Shown here piece after piece: positions 11,860-26,586 of a DNA stretch of 64,000 nucleotides. Source of the DNA: the human T2T-CHM13v2.0 reference genome, Homo sapiens; assembly GCF_009914755.1 (NCBI RefSeq), contig NC_060932.1; one strand, written 5' to 3'. The notes under the pieces are model-generated. The model was given only the letters and a program-made list of their open reading frames with translations. It was not told the DNA's origin and did not search any database. Position numbers and translations under genes: made by a program. Positions within the stretch are counted from its first letter, which is position 1; each line of letters begins with the position of its first letter.

Positions 11860-13230
11860 AAGAATTTATATATTGAAACTAGAAATTTGATAGAGGCTAT
11901 TGTTACTTCGCAAAGACAAATCAAATAATCTGAAGACAAAACATAGAAAAGCATGGAAGAAAAATTATCAAAGGAATAACATGAAATAATTTTGTAGCTG
12001 AAGGAAAACAGAAGATTATCGGGGGAACCCGCCTCCAATATTTCAACATAGGTTCTTTCTGTTTTCCTTAAGTGTTGGCCGGCTGAGAAATAAAGAGAGA
12101 CAATATAAAGAGAGGAATTTTACAGCTGAGCCGCTGGCGGTGACATCACATATTGGTAGGACTGTGATGCCCACCTGATCCTCAAACCAGCAAGTTTTTA
12201 TTAAGGGTTTCAAAAGGGGAGGGGGTGTAAGAACTGGGAGTAGGTACAAAGATCACATGCTTCAAAGGGCAAAAAGCAGAACTACTAACAAGGGTCTAAC
12301 AAAGACCACATGCTTCTGAGTGAACAGGACAAAGCGCAAAAGCAGAACTACTGATAAGGGTCCAACAAAGATCACAAGTCAAAGGGCAAAAGCAGAACTA
12401 CTGAAAAGGGTCTATGTTCAGCGGTGCACTATTGTCTTGATAAACATCTTAAACAACAGAAAACAAGGTTTGAGAGCAGAGAACCGGTCCGACCACAAAT
12501 TTACCAGGGTGGAGTTTTTCCCCATCCTAGTAAGCCTGAGGGTACCGCAGGAGACCAGAGCATATCTCAGTCCTTATCTCAACCGCATAAGACAGACATT
12601 CCCAGAATGGCCATTTATAGACCTCCTCCCAGGAATGCATCCCTTTCCCAGGGTATTAAGATTAATATTCCTTGCTAGGAAAAGAATTTAGCGATATCTC
12701 TCCTACTTGCACGTCCATTTATAGGCTCTCTGCAAGAAGAAAAATATGCCTTTTTTTGCCCAACCCCGCAGGCAGTCAGACCTTATGGTTGTCTTCCCTT
12801 GTTCCATAAAAATCGCTGTTACTCTGTTCTTTTTCAAGGTGCACTCATTTCATATTGTTCAAACACACATATTTTACAATCAATTGGTACAGTTAACACA
12901 ATTATCACAGTGGTCCTGAGATGACGTACATCCTCAGCTTATGAAGATAACAGAATTAAGAGATTAAAGTAAAGACAGGCATAAGAAATCATAAAAGTAT
13001 TATTTGGGAACTGATAGATGTCCATATTAAAATGAAATCTTCACAACTTATGATCCTCTGCCACAGCTCCAGCCAGTCCCTCTGTTCGAGGTCCCTGACT
13101 TCCCGCAATAGATGACTTCCAACTGAAATAGCTTATTTGCCAAGTAGAATAAAGGAAAAAGAAATACTGCATACACTTTAGTATAGCTGTAAAAATTCCA
13201 AACTTAAAGCATCCAAAGACAATAGAAAGC
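11860..13230 (+). mobile_element. Ancient L1M ORF1-region remnant split by MER11A
   Basis: A-rich, ggaagaaaaattatcaaaggaataacatgaaataatttt...; resumes after 13110. Confidence 0.45.
12017..13110 (-). mobile_element. MER11A solo LTR (HERV-K11/HML-8)
   Basis: Reverse complement begins tattgcgggaagtcagggacc and ends gggttcccccgata; internal gcaaaagcagaactact repeats; degenerate 6-bp TSD gaagat/gatgac. Confidence 0.92.
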
Positions 13231-13306
13231 CACCCATTTTAAGGTTTACAGTTAATTTTCTTTCCAGCATTCATAGGTTCCTCCATCTTCCTTTTAGGGC
13301 AATTCT

Positions 13307-13371
13307 ATTTTATTTTATTTCAGACTCAGGGGTACACGTGCAGGATTTATATAGATAAATTGCATATGACA
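13307..13371 (-). mobile_element. 65-bp extreme 3' end of an old L1PA/PB
   Basis: tcaggggtacacgtgcagg with T-rich tail; TSD agggcaattct/agggtaattct. Confidence 0.75.
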
Positions 13372-13389
13372 AGGGTAATTCTTTAATCA

Positions 13390-14736
13390 ACAACAGATAA
13401 ATGCTACAGATTTTAGTGCTCTGCTCTTACCACACCTAAAATTTGAGAATGCCTTGGGAATTGGGCAGTAGGAAGAAACAGTAAGGACTTTGAAAAGGGT
13501 ATTAGTGAAAAGGAAAATGCCTGAAGCAGCTTTTAATAGAACCTGGAGGCCTTTAAGGAGGCTGCTTGTGGGAGCTTACAGAAAACTAAGGAAAGTGTTA
13601 TTGAAAACTGGAGAAAGGGAATCCTTGTCATGTTGTAACAGGAAGAAGCAATACTGATGCCTACAGTCATATGGAAAACAGAAAATGCATCTAGCAAGTT
13701 GAGTGACTGAGTGGAGATTTCCAGACAGAGTTGAAGGTGTCAGTCACCTAGTTTCTTCTTATTGCTTATATTAAAATACAAGAGGAAAGAGACAAGCTGA
13801 AGAAAGAACTTTTATACAAAAAGAAGCCTGGACTAGATGAAGCCAGCTTTTGAAAGTTTTCAGCCCCTTGGGATGGAAAGCAATGCTGAAATTAAGATAT
13901 GACTTCTAGGAGAATATAAGATCCTGGGCACTGTCAGGAGAACAGTGTCTAAACATGAAGCCATGCATGTGGCTATTTACACCTTGGAAAGATTTAGGAT
14001 GATGTCTTAAAAGACAGAGCTTGCTAAGAAGCTTAAGGGTGCTATCTCTCAACAGTCTCAGCTGAAGATCAATGAGAAGAAGGGCTTATCATAAAGAAAC
14101 TCCTGTGTGTGGATCTTGTGTCAAATGGAGGGAATCCCTTAATAGGAAAATTATACTGGTTTGGATTAAAGGAACAGCAACAATACAAAACAAAGAGAAG
14201 CACTTGACCCCCAAAACTTCTACAGACAGGAAGCAAGCAGAGAGATGATTCAGCTGCAGACACAGGCAACCTTCCATGGAAAAGGCAGGATCTCCCAGAG
14301 AAGCCCAGAAGGCAGAGCCAAGAGCCTGTCTTGGCTCTTAGAAGAGAATCATTTCAGGAAAGGAGCAGGACTGAGTCAAGGAACTTCCAATCAAGAAAAC
14401 TCCAACTGGATTGAAATCAGTATAGGCCCATGACAACGTTTTCCCTCTTCTTGAATGGGACTGTCTATAGTGATTATCCTATATCTGCCTCCCACTGTAT
14501 GCTGGGTGTGTGGAGCAGATGGCCTGTCTCTTTAATTCATGGACCTTTAGCAGGAACTGTACTCCAGGACGTGTGTACGAAGAAACACACCTACACTTAC
14601 CCCCAGTTAAGATGGCAAAAGACCCTGAACTTCAAGTAAGATGCTATATAGAGATGATTTGTGTGGCATCTTAGGAAGTGGTGAGTGTATTTTTCATGTG
14701 GGAAAGACGTGAGTCATGGGGGGCCAGAGGGAAGAC
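13390..14736 (+). mobile_element. MaLR internal region (MLT1F-int-like) with only the tail of its 5' LTR
   Basis: ggagaaagggaatccttgtcatg..., ends in polypurine-tract-like gggggccagagggaagac directly before the LTR. Confidence 0.7.
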
Positions 14737-15256
14737 TGTGGTAGGCAGCTTCCAAGATGATTGCACGTCTGTTATTCACGACCTCATGAAGTCCCCTCCC
14801 ACATTAAGTAGGACTGAACTGTATAATCAAGAGGATACTGTAGAAATGATGGAGGGTGACTTCCAAAGCTAGGTCCTAAAACACATCAAGGTTTCTGCCT
14901 GGCTCTGTCTTTGAATGTCTGCCCTGGGAGCCAGTGTCTTGTAGGAAGGATGCTCAAGTAGCCCCAGTGAGAGGTCCTAGAACCAGAAACTAAGACCTCC
15001 TGCCAAGAGTCAAAACCAACTCACTATCCATGTGAGTGAACCATCCTAGAAGAAAATTTTCAAATTATGGTCAAGTCTTCAGATGACTACAGCCCAGCTG
15101 ACGTCTTGACTACAGTCTCATAAGATACCCTGAGCCAGGACCACACAGCGAATTTGCTGCTGTATTCTTCACCCACAGAAACTGTGGGACATTACTGCTA
15201 TTGTAAGTCACTCAATTTTAGGGTAGTTTGTGGCAGAGCAATAGACAATAAAAGAG
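14737..15256 (+). mobile_element. MLT1F-like 3' LTR
   Basis: tgtggtaggcagcttccaagatg...cacccacagaaactgtg...ttttagggtagtttgtggcagagcaatagac. Confidence 0.75.
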
Positions 15257-15583
15257 ATGTAAGTAACTTTAATAGCACAAGTTACCAATAAAGTAGAATA
15301 ACTATATTGGGAGTATAGAGAAGGGGTGAGCAGGTGTATGTAAATGGGCAAAATCAACATTTGCCACAAGAGAAAGCCAATAGAAAATGTCTAAAATTAA
15401 TAAACAAAAAAAAGCCAAGTAAAAAAATTGTTTAGAAATCTACAGATAAAAGTATTGAAAAAACTAAAATAGAAATGATTCAAAGTAACCACTTTTGCAT
15501 AGAGAATTCTCACTTTTCATTATAAGTCCTCTGTTCTATTTGATTTTTAAGCCAAATTCACCATATATGCGTATATATATGTA

Positions 15584-15883
15584 TTTTTTGAGACAGTCTT
15601 GCTCTCCCACCCAGGCTGTAGTGCGGTGGCACAATCACAGCTCACTGAACAGCCTTGAACTCCTGGGCTCAAACAATTTCCTGCCTCAGCCTCCTGAATA
15701 GCTGGAGCTACTGGCATGCACCACCACACCCAGGTGATTTTTTATATTTATCTAGAGATAAATTACAGAGAGATGAAGTCTCACTACCTTGCCCAGGCTG
15801 GTCTCAAATCCTGGCTTCAACTGATCCTCCTGCCTCAACCTCCCAAAGTGCTGGGATTACAGGCATAAGCCACCGCACCCAGT
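15584..15883 (-). mobile_element. AluJ
   Basis: Dimer with J diagnostics and altered linker. Confidence 0.9.
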
Positions 15884-17520
15884 CTTGGGTGAATACTTCA
15901 AAGCTGACCTGTCATGACTTCTACATTGTAAATTTTGAATATTTTCATAGAAGCATTTTTTTAATTAACTAGAAGTCCATCTTATATGTTACAATTTAAG
16001 TAAAGGCAAATCTTGATACAAGCTCGTCTATTAAAAGCAAATGACTCTCAGCTATAATCACAGGGTACAATCCAAATTTATGCAGATGTTCCTGAAAAAT
16101 ATTTCAAACAGAGGAATGCAATAATATTGAGAATAAAAAGGTCTGCAAAGCATAGCAAGCAAATGAAGACAAGCAGCAGGAGTGCTAAGCTTAATACCAG
16201 AACAAGTTATTTTCAGAGCCAAAAGCACACTGAGACAAAGAAAGATAACCTTTTAATAATAGAATGCATAATCTAAAAGAAGTGTCATTGTTACTATATC
16301 AAATAATACAAATAATATAGTGTCAATATTTGCACAGCAAACCTATAGAGAATTTTAAAAATGAACTTTATCAAAGACTTTAACTCAATTTTCTCAGTCT
16401 ATGATTGTTCAACTGGTCAAAAATTAGGTAATAAAACAGAAAATCCAAAGAACAATGGGATGAGGCAGCTTTTATTGTTGTCTCTATAACTCTCTCCTTG
16501 AAATAAAGTATCTTCTTTTCAAATACATATGGGACATTATAAAAATAATTGACCATAAATATGAGGCTGCTAATAAAACTTCAATAAATTCCAGAATGTA
16601 GATATGGCACAGAGGATATTTTCCGATCACAGTACAATAAAAGAAGCAATGAATAACGAAACTAGAAAAGAAACAGACAAAACCCACAATAATGAGGTAA
16701 AAAACAAAAACTTCCTCATAAAACTGGGTTTGGGTTTAGGAGAAAAATAAAACCCAAATGACAGAATCCTAACAATAATAAAAGCATTACATATCATACT
16801 TATGGAATTCAGCTACAATAAATTGTTCTGCAAATTGCAGAAGAAAACTCATAGTTCCAAACATTTATCTTAATGAACAAAATAAATGAAATATCTACTC
16901 AAGAGATTAGAAAAATAACAAATAAATCTAAACGACACAAAAACATAAAAACCACAGAGCAATGAAAGCAGAAAATCAATCCCAAAACACTAAAAAGGAC
17001 TAATAAATAAAAAAGGAGAAATGTACAAAAATATCAAATGAGTATATGATTGGTTAACTTTATCATACAAAAAACTACACAAATTTATAAAATAAATTCC
17101 CTAATAATATTAGGGAAATTACCACAGATTATAAGAAATTAAAATAATGATAAGTAATCAACAGAAATTACTTTACTGAACTCTACATAAATAAATTTGA
17201 AGACTGGATGAAATTAATGATTTTCTAGAAAAATATAAATCATAAAAACCCTACCAGAGATAGAAAATTTAAACCTAACATAATTTCCATAGCAGAAATA
17301 ATTTTCTTAGAGGGACCTCCCCCAAAACACCACAACCAGTTGATTACTTAGGTTTATCAGGAAATCTTAATGAAATTCACAGTAAATAGGTCAAAAGTGG
17401 AAAAACCGTATGATTGGCTCCATAAATGTTTAAAAATCAGCTAAAATTTAGTGTTCACGCTTTTATTTTAAAATACCTCTTAATCAAATAGAACATTGTT
17501 TTAAAAAGAATGCATTCTTT

Positions 17521-20321
<2,801 letters not shown>

Positions 20322-21797
20322 GGATTCTTTTTTAAAACACAAAATAACACATCTCTCTCAATCTCAGAGCCAGCATCAGTATTGGATTAGTGGGAAAATC
20401 CTAGAAGCATTTCCACTAAAGCCAGGGAAAAAGAGGAAGTCTTTTATCATTGCTATTATGCTAAATTATTCTGCTAGTACCAGACAATACAATTAGAAAA
20501 CATTTTTTAAAGGCCACATAAACCTTAGAAAGGAAAAAGTATGATTACATGAAGATTGTAAGATTATTTATCTTGAAATCCTTATATAATCAACTGAAAC
20601 TATATTATATCTAACATAAAATGGTGGCTGGGGTAAAATTCATATTCAAGAAGTCTATAGACTTCATATGTACAAACAAGTTGGAATATAAAATTTTTTT
20701 TAAAAACATTCTATTTACAACATCAACAAAAATGACCTAATACCTAGGAATTAGTTTACGAAGATATAATAATAAACTTTAAAATTACTATTTTGGACAC
20801 AGAAGATCAAATGGAATGACGTCCTATGATTTTGATTAGGATTGATTTAAGAACATAAAAATGTATTTTATTACTAAGTCAATCAGTGCATTTTACACGA
20901 AACCAACAAACCAATAAAAAACATTTTAACAAGAAAAAAGTTAACCCTTTTGTAAAATCACATGAAAAATAAACAAGAATAAGAAGAAAGATTCTGAAAG
21001 AGGATAAGAATGGTACATAAGGACTGGCTTTGCCAAGTATTAAGACACATTGTAAAGCTATGCTGATTAAAATAATGTTGTCTGGGGTATGACAAGACAG
21101 ACTCATGAAACAAAAATGGACTCAGTACACATATATAATTTTACTGTGTGTGTATATACATATTTACATACAGGTAATATACATATATACATATAAAATA
21201 TGTATATGTGATAAGTTTGCATTTCAAATTATTTTAAAAGAATCAGATTATTTAATAAATGGTGTTGGGACAACTGAGTAGCCATCTGAAAAAATAAATT
21301 GGTCACTATTTCGCATCTTACACTAAAATAAATTCCACACTGTTAAAAAATTTAAACATAAAAAAATGAAACTGTAAACACACCAAGAGAAAATATGGGA
21401 GAGTTTAAAAATATATTATTGGAGTTGCTAAGGCATTTCTGCCTATAATACAGAATCCAGAAGCTATTAAAAAAATTAAATTGTGCAGCCACATCAGTTT
21501 AAAACATTTTTGTGTGGCAGAAAAAATAATGACACAGCAAAGAGCTAATGTCCTTAGTTTAAAAGAGCCCCCACAAATCAACAGAAAGTCTAGCAAATTA
21601 TCAGAAAAATGGACAAAGATATGATTAGGTATTCACAATTTAAAAATATGAAGTGTTTTGAAATTTATGAAAGTAAGTTCAACCTCAGATGCAGTCATAA
21701 TAAAAGAAATGCCAACTAAAACTACAGTGAGGTGACATTTTTCAAAAAGAAATAAATGAAGTTGAATAAAAGCAGTGTTGATGAATGAGGCAACTGA

Positions 21798-22214
<417 letters not shown>

Positions 22215-22539
22215 CCAGCAATACTTTTAAGGATCTATCCTATGTATAGATTCTTACATGTACAAAGTGATGAAAGTACACAGATATTAATTCTAGCACT
22301 CTGTAATGACAAAATATTGGAAACATTTAATATAGTAAAGAGTTAAATCAATTGTGGTACATCACTATATGCCAATATGCTCTCATTTAAATGAAATAGC
22401 TTTACGTGTACTATGGGAAGATCTAAAAATATACTGTGAAATACTTACAGAACAGTGTATGTTTGTTACTACTTTAAGTATGTAATATATAGAACCATGT
22501 GGTTTTGTTTCTTAAAATTTTGTGCTTGCTATTTCACTT

Positions 22540-23852
22540 ATTTTTATTTTTATATTTTGTTTTATGTTGACAGAATTGTATGTATTTAGCAGGTACAACA
22601 TGGCATTTTGAAGTATACATACATTGCGGAATGACTAGCTATTATAATTAGCATAGGCATTACCACTTGTAGCCATCATTTTTTGTGGGGAGAACACTTT
22701 ACATCTACTCTCTTGGCATTTTTCAATAATACTTTATATTATTAGTTATAGTCATCATGTTGTGCAATAAATCTCTTTAACTTATCCTTCCCAACTGAAA
22801 TTTTGGGTCCTTCAGCTAACATCTTCCCAGAAACCTTCCCCCGACCCCCTGCAACTACGTTAGCCCCTCTGTATTAGTCTGTCTCACACTGCTACACAGA
22901 ACTTCCTGAGACTGGATAATTTACAAAGTTAAGAGGTTTAATTGACTCATGGTTCTGCATGGCTAGGGAGGTTTCAGGAAACTTACAATCATAGCAGAAG
23001 GTGAAGCAGGCATGTCTCGCGTGGCACCATGTGAGAGTGGGGGGGGGGAGAGAGAGAGAGAGCATAGGAAAAACTACCATTTATGCAACCATCAGATCTC
23101 ATAAGAATTCACTCACTATCATGAGAACAGCATGGGGGGGAACCGCCCCCATAATCCAGTCACTTCCCTCCCTCTACTTATGGGGATTACAATTTGAGAT
23201 GAGATTTGGGTGGGGACACAGAGCCAAGCCATGTCACCCTCATAACCACCATTCTACTCTCTCTACTTCTATGACCCAACAGGCATATGAAAAGGTGCTC
23301 AACATCACTAATCATCAGAGAAATGCAAATAAAAACCACAATGAGACATCACCACACACTTGTTAGAGTGGCCACTACCCAGAAGACAAAAGATCACAAG
23401 TGCTGGTAAGGATGTAGAGAAAAGGGAACCCTTGCACACTGTTGGTGGAAATGTAAATTCCTATAGCCACTATGGAAAACATATGGAGGTTCCTAAAAAA
23501 ATTATCATAGAACTACCATATGATCCAGCAATCCCACTGCTGGTATATATTCAAAGGAAATGAACTCAGTATATCGAAGAGAAACCTGCACCCCCATGTC
23601 TGTTGCAACACCATTCATAATAGCCAAGATATGGGATCAATCTAAGTGTCCATCAGTGGATGAATGGATAAAGAAAATGTGGCATATATACACAATGGAA
23701 TACTATTCAGTCATAAAAAGAAGGAAATCCTGTCATTTACAACAACATGAGTAAACCTGGAAGACATTATGTTAAGTGAAGTAAGCCAGGCACATAAAAA
23801 TAAATATTGCATTATCTCACTCATATGTGGAATCTAAAAAAGTTGACCACAT
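22540..23852 (-). mobile_element. L1MA-type element, 5'-inverted: 3'UTR minus 22540-23273, ORF2 end plus 23274-23852
   Basis: cagaattgtatgtatttagcaggtacaacatg 3' end; plus-strand peptides [32 protein letters not shown]. Confidence 0.85.
22870..23236 (-). mobile_element. MSTA/THE1D-like MaLR solo LTR nested in L1MA
   Basis: tgtattagtc...gagatttgggtggggacacagagccaagccatgtca; perfect 5-bp TSD ccctc. Confidence 0.9.
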
Positions 23853-24824
23853 GAAACCATATTTTTTAATGCATTAACCATTTCTACTAGAACCCTAAGA
23901 ATTTAGTAACAGTGATTATATTTTCAAGTCTCAATTGCTTCTGGCTCTGAGAACTGGGTTGCTGAGGGACAGATGTAGGAAGAAGACCCTGTTTTCACTG
24001 TATCCCCTCATGTACCTTTGAAATTTTGTACATATGCATAAATTATCTGTTTAAAATAAAATAATTTAAAATTTATCTAATGTAAATATTTGTCCATTAC
24101 GAAATACACTGATTTTAAGTCAAGCCCCCAAATGAGATGTTAGCATTGATGATTTGAATGGGAAAAGGGAACACGGAGGAAATATTTAGGGTTTTGGCAT
24201 GGTTTCATCTGGAAAAGGGGTATCTCATGCAGTTGTTTTCAATTGCATGGAGATACTGGAGGGGAATGTAACGACGACCAGTTGTGTTTCACCTCTGCTG
24301 AGCCTGAAGAAAAAAGCAATTCGAGCAGAAGGGACAGGAGCTACAAAAAATAACATCATTAAAGCGCTCCAGGCTCTTGGTGGAAGCTCACAAACTACGT
24401 CACTGGAGCATGGTCTGCTTCTGGGAGGGTTGCTAAATGGTCTCCTCTTTACCCTACCTGTGTGTCATCTTGACCAGACACACAACCAATGACTGCTTCC
24501 CAGACAGTTCTTATTTCTGCCTGACACAAGAGCTGCTGGGGTTACAGCAGGGCAGCGAAGGACGGGGAGAAGTGCAGGTGACTGTGTGGCTACGGGAATC
24601 AGCAGGCCTGCCCCCAGGACTGGGTAGGATTCAGCACTTCCAGTCCAGCAATAAGGGCCTCCAGGCGGAAGGCACACTGAAGGCGTAGCCTAGGCAGCCC
24701 CTTAGATACTCCTCCAGCCAACTAGAGAGAAAACCTCCTGCAGAAATGTCTGAGAGACGGATCCAGGGCCACGCTGGATGAATGGGACAAACTATGAGGA
24801 CACGGTCAAGAGGAGAGAAGGACT

Positions 24825-25121
<297 letters not shown>

Positions 25122-26586
25122 GATGCATTGAAGGAAGACTCGGCAGAGAACTAACACGAGGGCAAGGTACACCCACTTCTTGCTACTCAAGTTTCCTTGT
25201 GAAAATATTAAAAAGGAGAAAACTTTTGTTTAGCTTTAAATGTTTTAAAGGACTTGTTTCTTATTTTCCCTGCCTCTTGGCTTGATTTTCTTTAAGTTTC
25301 CTCCCGCAGGGGCCACCTGCATGGTTTACCCTTTGCTTTGAGCTCCAGAAAAGATTTCCCATGGGTGAATGGGGGGCTTCTGTAGCTACTTTGGGGGATG
25401 CTGAGGATAGTATAGGCCAGGACTAAATAACTACATGGCGTGATTTAGGAGGTGCCAACGCCCCAGGAAAAATAAACATTTCTCGGTTCCTGAGAACCCA
25501 GTTATTTCTCAACTTAGTAAATTACACTCTGCCTAGTAATGAAAAGCTTTTGAGGTACTTTAAAATATACATGATTTTGCAATAAAATTGGTGGGAAGGA
25601 AAATTGAGGCCAAATCTTACCATGAAAGCAGAGGAGGGTGAATAAGCAGAAAGACAGGACATGAGGCCCTGCATGATCAGTAACTGAGCCAGAATTCAGT
25701 CCTATTTCCTCACAACTAAAATCAGGCAGCTGAAATGCATACACCCCCAAGGAAGGTCATTTGCTGACTTGCATTGTGTAAATGACCAAGAGCAGATCTT
25801 TTTCTGGGAACGGGGTTTGGTTTGAAGGGAGAGAGAATGCAAGTTTCCCAAAGACGATGAAGCCTCTCTAACATATCCTATCCTTGTCTCCCACCTCCAA
25901 GATCCAATCATAGAAAACCACCCCTAGTGCCTGCACTCTGACCTTTGATCTAAGCCCCATCTAGGATGGAAATGAGGAGGAGGGCTGGCCCTAGACAATA
26001 TTATGAGGTAGTTTTGGCTTTTGTTGTCATTTGTGTTTCTTCACTCAGACTCTGTTTTTCTCCCATCTGTGTAGTCTTTCTTATTGATTCCATTTTTTTC
26101 ACAGCACAGTTGTAAGGGTGAGTCCTTGGCCATCCAGTGGCCATGTCTCAGCAGAATAGGACAATCACATTGTGTACCTTTCCTGCCACCAGCAATAGTT
26201 TTTGACATGTGAGTAAAATGAATACTACAAGAGGCTTTTAAGGGAAAAACAAGGAGGAAAAGGAATGTCAGAGTCAGGAGACATGGGTACCATTCTTGGC
26301 CCTTCTTCTACCTGTTAGCTGTAGACCTATGGGCAAATTATTCCATTTGTTAGTGACATTTCTTTTTGTCTATTTATTTATATTATATTTAAGGTCTAGG
26401 GTACATGTGCACAATGTGCAGGTTTGTTAAATATGTATGCATGTGTGCCATGTTGGTTTCCTGCACCCATTAACTCGTCATTTACATTAGGTATTTCTGC
26501 TAATGCTATCCCTCTCCCATTCCCCCACCCCACAACAGGCCCCAGTGTGTGATGTTCCATGCCCTGTGTCCAACTTTTCTCATCAT

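Noticed and set aside
12320-12691. 123-aa ORF
   Set aside because: Antisense translation of the MER11A LTR.
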